Positions 55,498 to 64,000 of a stretch of 64,000 nt of DNA are shown one piece after another; position 1 is the first letter of the stretch, and each line of letters starts with the position of its first letter. This stretch comes from an uncultured delta proteobacterium. Its GTDB lineage: Bacteria > Myxococcota > Myxococcia > Myxococcales > Anaeromyxobacteraceae. The position numbers were made by a program, and so were the translations under genes. The notes beneath the pieces are model-generated. The model searched no databases. It was not told the origin of the DNA and worked only from the letters and a program-made list of their open reading frames with translations. Location: positions 96,001 to 160,000 of the forward strand of contig CAVYBH010000002.1 of assembly GCA_963766715.1 (NCBI GenBank), read 5' to 3'.

Positions 55498-55824
55498 ATG
55501 GCAGCGAAGCCTCCCTACTGGTACCTCATCTCGGTGCTCGCGAGCACGGTTCCGCTCGAGCCGGCGCTCGCCATGAGCCTGTACGAGGTGGCCTGCTCCC
55601 TTCACCGCAGCGGCGAGGGGCACGGGGAGGTGGTGCAGGACCGCATGGAGGGGCGCGTGCGCAACCTGCACCGCTCCTTCGCGCTCGGCTCCATCGCCGG
55701 CCCCGGCTTCGAGGCGGACCTGGAGTTCCCGGAGGGCAAGGGCAAGGTCCGTTTCATGCTCACCCGCCAGGGGCTCGACCTGGGAGCCCGCAAGGCCCGG
55801 CTCGACTCCGCGCTCCGAAATTGA
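55498..55824 (+). CDS. Hypothetical protein (108 aa)
   Basis: GC3-biased ORF MAAKPPYWYL...; fills the gap between rsmE and the lipoprotein gene. Confidence 0.65.
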   Translation: MAAKPPYWYLISVLASTVPLEPALAMSLYEVACSLHRSGEGHGEVVQDRMEGRVRNLHRSFALGSIAGPGFEADLEFPEGKGKVRFMLTRQGLDLGARKARLDSALRN

Positions 55825-55838
55825 GTATCCAGGGGGCC

Positions 55839-56360
55839 ATGACCCTCCGCGCCTCCATCGCCGCCGCCGCCTCCAGCCTCCTCCTCGTCGCAGGGTGCGC
55901 CACCGGGAGTGGCGTGCCCATCGGCGGTGCGAGCTACCAGTCCGGCGCCGACTTCTCGAGCTACCAGACCTTCGACTTCTTCCCGGTCCCGCCCGGCGGC
56001 GCGCGGATCGTCGCCACGCTCACCTACTTCGGCGTGGACGGCGTGATCGATCGCGACCTGGGGCGGATCGGGCTCGCCCGTTCCATCGGGGGCTCGCCGG
56101 ACCTGCTCGTCGCCTACTTCCAGGGCGGCACGCAGGTGGACCCGTCGGCGTGGGGGTACTCGACCGCGGGGAACCCGGTCATCGACGTCGTCGACGTCCC
56201 GTCCTCCTGCCTGGTGGTGGACCTGGTGGACGCGAGGACGAAGGTGCTGGTGTGGCGAGGCATCGCGACCGACGCGCTCCTCTCGGCCGACTCGGTCGAC
56301 CCGGCGGTCCGGCAGATGCTCCAGGGCTGGCCGGGACGGCAGGCTCGCCAAGGGCAGTGA
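55839..56360 (+). CDS. DUF4136-like lipoprotein
   Basis: VAGC lipobox, ADFSSYQTF, PDLLVAY and LVVDLVDARTK-x-LVWRG. Confidence 0.82.
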   Translation: MTLRASIAAAASSLLLVAGCATGSGVPIGGASYQSGADFSSYQTFDFFPVPPGGARIVATLTYFGVDGVIDRDLGRIGLARSIGGSPDLLVAYFQGGTQVDPSAWGYSTAGNPVIDVVDVPSSCLVVDLVDARTKVLVWRGIATDALLSADSVDPAVRQMLQGWPGRQARQGQ

Positions 56361-56381
56361 GCCGGGCCGTGCGCCTCGCGC

Positions 56382-57575
56382 CTAGGCGAAGTGCTCGGCC
56401 ACGATCTGCCGCGCCAGCTCCATCGAGCTCGTGAAGGCCGGCGAGATGGGGTTCAGCACGTGCAGCGTGTTGCCCGATCGCTCGACGATGAAGTCCATGA
56501 GCAGCTGCTTGGTGCGCCAGTCGACGAGCTGGGGCCGGATGCCCACCTTCTCCGCCGGCTCCACCTCGGACGGGTCGAAGCCGTGGACCAGCCGGGCCGC
56601 GTCCCGGTGCAGGAAGGCGGGCACGTACTTCCGCGGCTCGGAGAGGGCCACCGAGCGGAAGCCCGGGTTCCGGAAGAAGAGGATCGCGTCCTCGAGCGCG
56701 ATGCGCGGCGCGTCGCGATCGACGCCGGCGAGGAGGCCGTAGTTCTCCCGGCCGAAGGCGGGGATGGCGGTGGGGCCCAGGTAGACGTCGCCGTGCACGC
56801 TGCGGGTGAAGTGCACGCCCAGGAAGGGGTTGCGCGGGTCGGGGACCGGGTAGATGTTCCCGTTCACCACCAGCCGGGCGCCCTTCCGGAGCTTCCGGTA
56901 GAGCCCCTTGAACGGGATGAGCCGGTAGTGCTCCCCCACGCCGAAGAGGCGCGCCACCCGGTCGCAGTGCGCCCCGGCGGCGTTCACCAGGCGTCCGAAG
57001 CCCACCGGGCCCGAGGTGGTCTCGACCGCCGACGGTCCGGCCGCGGCGACCACCTCGACGCCGGTCCGGATGCGGACCCGGCCGCTCCCTTCCAGGTCGG
57101 CGCGGAGCGATTGCAGGACCTCCTTCGGATCCACCACGGCGGTCATCCGGGACCAGAGCGCCCGCCCCACCGTGCGGGCCGACGGCTCGATCCCGGCCAG
57201 CCCCTTCTCGTCGAGCATCTCGACCCGGGCGCCGTTGGCGGTGGCCCGCCGGGCCAGCTCGTCGAGGATCGGCAGCTCGCCCTCGTCCCGGGCGACGATG
57301 ACCTTTCCGCACTCCAGGAGGTGCAGCCCCTTCTCCTGGCAGTAGCTCCGCATGAGCAGGTTGCCCGCCAGGCAGGTCCGGGCCTTCCGGCTGTCCGGGG
57401 CGTAGTAGATGCCGGCGTGCAGGACGCCGGAGTTCCGGCCCGAGGCGTGCCGTCCGAGCGAGTCCTCCTTCTCCAGGACGAGCACGTCGCCGGCGCCGCG
57501 CGCGACGAGCTCCCGCGCCACCGAGAGCCCGACGATTCCACCCCCCACGATGACGACGTCCGCGCGATCGGCCAT
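56382..57575 (-). CDS. lhgO: L-2-hydroxyglutarate oxidase-like FAD enzyme
   Basis: [29 protein letters not shown]-x2-[13 protein letters not shown] and SPAFTSS. Confidence 0.9.
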   Translation of the reverse strand: MADRADVVIVGGGIVGLSVARELVARGAGDVLVLEKEDSLGRHASGRNSGVLHAGIYYAPDSRKARTCLAGNLLMRSYCQEKGLHLLECGKVIVARDEGELPILDELARRATANGARVEMLDEKGLAGIEPSARTVGRALWSRMTAVVDPKEVLQSLRADLEGSGRVRIRTGVEVVAAAGPSAVETTSGPVGFGRLVNAAGAHCDRVARLFGVGEHYRLIPFKGLYRKLRKGARLVVNGNIYPVPDPRNPFLGVHFTRSVHGDVYLGPTAIPAFGRENYGLLAGVDRDAPRIALEDAILFFRNPGFRSVALSEPRKYVPAFLHRDAARLVHGFDPSEVEPAEKVGIRPQLVDWRTKQLLMDFIVERSGNTLHVLNPISPAFTSSMELARQIVAEHFA

Positions 57576-57648
57576 GGCGGGTGCGATGCTAGCCGAGCCG
57601 GTCCGGACCCGTTACAACGATTCCTCTTCCCCCACCCGGAGGTGCCAC

Positions 57649-58632
<984 letters not shown>

Positions 58633-58637
58633 GGCCG

Positions 58638-60096
58638 ATGTCCCGCCGGTTCGCGCCCCGGGTTCCTGGTTCTCGCGGCGCTCGCCGTCCCGGCGACGGC
58701 GACCGCCTACGAGGAGCGCGTCCACCAGCTCATCGGGGACCGCGGGCTCCCGTCCACGCTTCCGCGCGACCTGGCGCGCCCCACGATGGCCGACGTCGAC
58801 GCGCTCCGCGTCGCGACCTGGCAGGCCGGCGCCACCCATCCCGACGCCGGGGTGCGTGCACGCTTCCTCGCCCGCTACCCGTCCCAGCAGCAGTTCGACG
58901 CCTGGGCCTGGAAGGAGCTGCTCGGCCTCACCCCGGAGGCCCGCGTCGTGGGCATCGACGCGCTGCCCGAGGTCGCGCAGGACGCGAGGGCCGTGGCCGC
59001 CTTCTCGTCCCGCCTGCCCGACGACGACAAGCGGAACGTCGAGCGGTTCGCCCACGGTCCGGACCGGCAGGTGCGCCGCGACGCGGCTGGCCGGCCCATC
59101 CCGGCCGACCCGGCCCAGCTCGACATGGGCGCGCTCACCGGCCTCTCCAGCCAGGCCTACGCGCACTACGGGCTCCCGGCGCTGCAGTTCTCCGACTCGC
59201 CCGACGTGCTGAAGACCGACCCGCGCCGCTGGGCCTTTCCGCCCACGGTGAAGACCTTCGCGCCCGACTTCGCGCAGGTGCACACGGACCTCGCCATCGC
59301 CGCGGCCGCCTCCGGGACGCCCGGAGGGCGCGGCCTCGCCTGGATCTGGCTGGGCGCCGCCCACCACTACGTCGAGGACGTCGGCAACCAGATCCACACC
59401 CTCCAGGCCGTCTACCCGTTCTTCGTGGACGCCAAGCTGCAGAGCTGGAAGGAGAACGTGCTGTCGCTCTGGGGGCTCCTTCGCCCGCGCCCCGGCTTCG
59501 TCGAGATCGGCCTCGGGATCATCAAGAACCACCACCTGTTCCTGGAGGACCTCTGGGGCGCGCGGGTGTTCGACGCCGCCGAGGGAAGGGCGGCGCCGGC
59601 CGGTGCGGTGGCGGGGCTCGCGGCGCTCGCCACGGGCGATCCGGAGGAGGACGCCAGCCTCGACGCCCTCCGGCTCGATCCCGACGGCCCGTTCGCGCGC
59701 GCCATCACCGAGCAGCTGATCGAGGCGTCGAGCCGGGAGGGAGCGGACGTGTACCTGGCGGCCCGGGACGTCGCCAACCCGCGGCTGTCCCGGTCCCGCT
59801 ACGTCTACCGCGAGGGAACGCCCGACTCCGAGCTGCGCTCGAATCCCGACCCGGCCCGGCTGGCCCGCTTCTACGAGCTGGAGACCCGGGGCTTCGCGCG
59901 CGCGTCGAGCGCGGTCCGCCGCCACGTGGCGCTCTTCCAGGCCGAGGTGGCCCGGGCCGACGCCTCGGAGGCCGCGCGGGTCGCGGTGAGGGACGCCGCG
60001 CTCCGGCGGCTGGTGGCCTCGTCGCTCGACGCCCTGGATGCGCGCGAGGCCAGGCTCTCCGCCTGGCTGGCCGCGCAGCCCGTCACGGGGCGGTGA
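58638..60096 (+). CDS. Secreted hypothetical protein with Zn-dependent phospholipase C / S1-P1 nuclease-like motifs (frame break near 58660)
   Basis: Signal peptide ending ATA-YEERVHQLI, AHYG, LGAAHHYVEDVGNQIH and NHHLFLE. Confidence 0.6.
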
Positions 60097-61142
60097 ACTC
60101 CCCGCGCAGCCGGGAGGCGACCTCCTCCGGCCACGCCATCGAGAAGCGCTCCCCGAGGAGCAGGTTCAGGTAGTTCGCGTCGGGGACGTGCAGGACGGGG
60201 TCGAGGTAGAGCCGCGGGAGCAGGCGGGCCGACAGGGAGTGGCGCCCCGACCGCTCGCCGGTCCGGTCCGGGAAGAAGGTCAGGTTGAAGCTCCAGAGCC
60301 CGGACGCGGCGAAGCCGCGGAGCGCGCGACGCAGCCCGTTCGAGAACGCCGCGACGTCCGCGTCGGTGAGGTCGAGCACGGACGCCTTGCCCGGGAGGAC
60401 GGCGCGACAGTCGCCGAGGACGCCGGTCGGGGCGAAGGGCACGAACCAGGTCCAGTCTCCGCTTCGTCCGACGACGCGCCCGGCCGCCTCCTCGGCCTCG
60501 AGCAGGGCGCTCCCGAACGGTCGCCCGTGGGCGTCCAGGAAGGCGCTCTCCGCGGCCAGCTCCCGCCGGATCGCGCTGCCCGGCTCCGTGGTGGCGACGA
60601 CCTGCATGTGCGGGTGGAGCTGGGTGCCGCCGGCGGGGGGCATGTGGTTCCAGGTGACGAGGCCGTACAGGCCGTCCTTGCCCAGCCGGGGAATGGTCGA
60701 GGCGAGGAAGTCCCGCGCCGCGGAGAGGCCGGCGGTGACGAGCGCCTCGGGAAGGTCCCCGGCCGAGACCAGGTGCTCCGGGCCCGGGACCAGCACCGCC
60801 GACAGGTCGTCGTACGGGAAGAGGTTCGGGAAGATGACGGCATCCCCGACGGCGGAAGCGTCCGCCCGGGACCAGGTCCTCGGGGAAGCGCGGGGTCACC
60901 TTCATCACCCGGTCGGGGCAGAACGGACAGCTCGGGCGGCGAGCCTCGGCGATCGCCGCGATGTCCGGCGGGGGCGCGGCCGTGAGCGAGAAGTGGCAGA
61001 TCCGGGACGAGTCGCCGGTGAGCGGGTCGTACCGGATCTCGCTCTGGACGTCGGTCAGGGCGAATTCGCGCCGCGGGTCGTGGAGTCGCGAAGCGCGGGG
61101 CTCCCGACGGAAGACGACCGCACCCGCATCGCTCGACGCCAT
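60083..61142 (-). CDS. GalT-like (HIT superfamily) nucleotidyltransferase (frame break near 60850)
   Basis: EIRYDPLTG, CPFC, FPNLFP and GGTQLHPHMQ. Confidence 0.8.
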
Positions 61143-61250
61143 CCCGACCTCCCGGACCCAAAAGGGTGCAAACGAAGCGTTAGCCTAATCGACGCACTTC
61201 AGCATTAGCTGAGAGGCATCCCTCACGCCAACCGCGCTCCCGGAGTGAAC

Positions 61251-61775
61251 ATGGCCCAGACGATCGACTTCACGAAGCTGACCCTCAAGGACGCGCTCGA
61301 CCTCGCCATCTTGATCGAGGACGAGGCCAAGGCCCGATACGAGGAGTTCACCCGCCTGGTGGGCGGGCGCTACAAGGGAGACGCAGACGACGTCTTCCGG
61401 AACATGGCGCTCTACGAGGCCAAGCACGCCTCCGAGCTCCAGGCCCGCCGCGCCAAGCTCTTCGGGAACGCGCCGGTCACCGTCAGCCGCGACGCCATCG
61501 ACGACGTGGAGGCGCCCGACCGCGGCACGCCGAGGGTCTTCATGTCCCCGCGGCAGGCCATGGAGGTCGCGCTCGAAGGGGAGAAGAAGGCCTGGGACTA
61601 CTTCGACGAGGCGCTGCGCCACGTGAAGGATCCCGACGTGCGGAAGCTCTTCGAGGAGCTGCGCGCCGAGGAGCTCCAGCACCAGGAGTACGTGAAGAAG
61701 GCCATGGCCACCCTCCCGCCCGGACCGGACGTCGAGGAGGACGAGGCCGACGCGCCGGGCTCCGACGCGGGCTAG
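61251..61775 (+). CDS. Ferritin-like/rubrerythrin family di-iron protein
   Basis: LAILIEDEA...Y, EAKH, ALEGEKKA...F and EELQH. Confidence 0.9.
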   Translation: MAQTIDFTKLTLKDALDLAILIEDEAKARYEEFTRLVGGRYKGDADDVFRNMALYEAKHASELQARRAKLFGNAPVTVSRDAIDDVEAPDRGTPRVFMSPRQAMEVALEGEKKAWDYFDEALRHVKDPDVRKLFEELRAEELQHQEYVKKAMATLPPGPDVEEDEADAPGSDAG

Positions 61776-61825
61776 CCACGCCGCGCGCGGCACAGAGCGG
61801 GGGCGCGGCGCCGGTCGCGCTCCCG

Positions 61826-62522
61826 GTGAGGTTCGTGCTGGTCCGGCCGCGGGTCGCCGAGAACGTCGGCGCGGCGGCCCGGGTCCTGCGCAACTTCGGG
61901 CACGCCGACTGGGTGCTCGTCGATCCGGAGCGGCTCGACCTGGACGTGGCGCGCCGCCTGGCAATCGGGGCCGAGGACCTGCTCGACGGCGTGACGGGCC
62001 GTACCCGCGCTCGACGACGCCGTGGCCGACTGCGCCTGGGTGGTGGGCACCGACTCCCGGAAGGTCCGGGGGCGGCCGCCGCTCGAGCCGGACCAGCTCG
62101 CCGAGGCGGTGGCCGAGGCGGCGCCGCGCGGCCCCACGGCGCTCGTCTTCGGCGGGGAGCGGGACGGGTTCCGCGCCGGGGAGCTGGCCCGCTGCGACGC
62201 GCTGTCGCGGATCCCCTCGCGCGGGCCGCAGCCCTCGCTCAACCTGGCCCAGGCCGTCGCCGTCTACGCATTCGCCCTGCGGGGCGGGCGGCCGACTCGT
62301 CCGCGCCGGGGACCGGGACCCGCCGCCGCCGACGACGCGGAGCTGCTCGGGGTCGAGGAGGCGCTCCGGGCCGCGCTCTCGGCGGGCGGATTCCTGCGAG
62401 GCCCCGAGCGCCACGCCGTCCGCGACCTGTCCCACACCCTGCGGCGCGGACGGCTGACCCGCAAGGAGGCGCGCCTCTGGATCGCGGCGCTCCGCCGCGT
62501 CGCGCGAAGGGAGGAGCCGTGA
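61826..62522 (+). CDS. trmJ: TrmJ/LasT family tRNA methyltransferase (frame break near 62000)
   Basis: ENVGAAARVLRNFG, VFGGERDG and SLNLAQAV. Confidence 0.85.
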
Positions 62523-63388
62523 TGACCGTCCGACCCCGTCGGAGCGCCCTCTACGTGCCGGGCTCGAACGCCCGCGCGCTCGCCAAGGCCTCGTCGCTCG
62601 CCGCCGACGTCGTCATCGTCGACCTGGAGGACGCGGTGGCGCCGGCCGCCAAGGAGGAGGCCCGGCGCGCGGCGGTCGCGGCCATCGGCCAGGGGCTGGG
62701 CCGGGCCGAGGTGGTGCTCCGCGTGAACGGCGCGGACGGGCCGTGGGGCGCCGGCGACCTCGAGGCGGCGGCCCGATCCGGCGCCGACGCGGTGCTGCTG
62801 CCCAAGGTGGAAAGGGCCTCGACCGTGGTCGAGGCCGCCCGGCGGCTCGACGCCGCGGGTGCGCCCGCGTCGCTCGCCCTGTGGGCCATGCTGGAGACGC
62901 CCCGGGGCATCCTGCGCGCCGAGGAGGTGGCGTCCTCCTCCCCGCGCCTGGCCTGCCTGGTGGCCGGGACCTCCGACCTCGTGAAGGACCTCCGGGCGCG
63001 CCACACCCCGGGACGGTCCGAGGTGCTCGCCAGCCTGTCCTGGATCGTGCTCGCCGCCCGGGCCTCCGGCCTCTCGGCGCTCGACGGCGTGCACCTGGAT
63101 CTCGACGATCCGGCCGGGTTCGAGGCGGCCTGCCGCCAGGGGCGGGACCTGGGCTTCGACGGCAAGACCCTCATCCACCCGAGGACCATCGAGGCCGCCA
63201 ACCTGGCTTTCACCCCCGGTGACGAGGAGCTGGCCCTCGCCCGCCGCGTCATCGAGGCCCATGCCGAGGCCGAGGCGGCCGGACGGGGCGTGGTGGTGGT
63301 GGACGGCCGGCTGGTGGAGGCGCTCCACGTGGCGGAGGCGCGCCGGGTGGTGGCCCTGGCCGCGGCGATCCAGGGCCGGGCCGGATAG
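62522..63388 (+). CDS. CitE/malyl-CoA lyase family CoA-ester lyase
   Basis: RRSALYVPGS, DLEDAVAP, RVN, LPKV, MLETP and GFDGKTLIHP. Confidence 0.9.
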   Translation: MTVRPRRSALYVPGSNARALAKASSLAADVVIVDLEDAVAPAAKEEARRAAVAAIGQGLGRAEVVLRVNGADGPWGAGDLEAAARSGADAVLLPKVERASTVVEAARRLDAAGAPASLALWAMLETPRGILRAEEVASSSPRLACLVAGTSDLVKDLRARHTPGRSEVLASLSWIVLAARASGLSALDGVHLDLDDPAGFEAACRQGRDLGFDGKTLIHPRTIEAANLAFTPGDEELALARRVIEAHAEAEAAGRGVVVVDGRLVEALHVAEARRVVALAAAIQGRAG

Positions 63389-63397
63389 GATCCCGGG

Positions 63398-64000
63398 GTG
63401 GCCGCGCTCACCCTCGACGAGATCCGCCGCGCGCTCGCCCTGCGCCCCCCCGCGCGGCTCCCGGAGCGCCTGCCGCGCCAGGCGGCGGTCTCCATCGTCC
63501 TGCGCGAGCCCGGGGCCGGCCTCGAGGTCCTCTTCATCCGGCGATCCGAGCGGGAAGGGGACCTCTGGTCGGGCCACGTGGCCTTCCCGGGAGGGCGGGT
63601 CGAGCCCGGCGAGGGGCTCGAGGAGGCGGCGGTGCGCGAGACCGACGAGGAGGTGGGCCTCGACCTCCGCGCGGGCGCCGAGCGGCTGGGTGCGCTCGAC
63701 GAGATCCCGGCCATCGGCCGGGGGCGCGCCGTCGGGCTCTCGATCCAGCCCTGGGTCTTCGCGCTGCGCGCGCCGCCGGCCCCGCTGCGGTTCTCCGGGG
63801 AGGTGGCGAGCGCGCACTGGATCCGCCTCGCCGACCTGCTCGATCCGGCGCGGCAGGTCCCGTTCCCCTACGTGCACGAGGGGCGGAGCCTGCTCCTGCC
63901 CAGCCTGGACGTCGGCGGGATCGTGATCTGGGGGCTCACCTTCCGGATGGTGGAGATGCTCGGCGAGCTGATCCGGCAGGCGGCTCCGGGGTTCACTCCG
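63398..64000 (+). CDS. Nudix CoA pyrophosphatase (3' end beyond window)
   Basis: AAVSIV, WSGHVAFPGG, Nudix box AAVRETDEEVG and IWGLT. Confidence 0.88.
   Translation, partial: MAALTLDEIRRALALRPPARLPERLPRQAAVSIVLREPGAGLEVLFIRRSEREGDLWSGHVAFPGGRVEPGEGLEEAAVRETDEEVGLDLRAGAERLGALDEIPAIGRGRAVGLSIQPWVFALRAPPAPLRFSGEVASAHWIRLADLLDPARQVPFPYVHEGRSLLLPSLDVGGIVIWGLTFRMVEMLGELIRQAAPGFTP

Noticed and set aside
61251..61775. Encapsulin cargo protein
   Set aside because: No LTVGSL-like targeting peptide and no encapsulin gene in the window.

Overview
A very GC-rich, gene-dense bacterial chromosome segment. Gene content and style suggest an Anaeromyxobacter-like Myxococcota or related deltaproteobacterium (inference). 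About 60 CDSs are visible; I found no rRNA, tRNA, CRISPR array or mobile element. Roughly 30-35 single-base frame breaks interrupt otherwise intact genes, most likely long-read indel errors, so many CDS calls below join two or more ORF-track pieces. Main blocks: a SahR-like regulator with ahcY; glgP; lemA with two TPM genes; a radical SAM gene divergent from an XRE-cupin gene; an MshEN-like/REC/TPR protein; amtB with three ion-transport genes; an operon encoding a nucleotide-translocase-like MFS and two Tat-signal NAD(P)-dependent oxidoreductases; a large FAD/Fe-S oxidoreductase; a complete V/A-type ATPase operon in Thermus gene order; a group 1c hybOABC-D [NiFe]-hydrogenase; several peptidases; and a secreted Zn-phospholipase C/P1-nuclease-like protein. 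No clearly new system can be proven from sequence alone. The best leads are the Tat-oxidoreductase/translocase operon, the radical SAM/XRE pair with a perfect operator, and the PLC/P1-like orphan.
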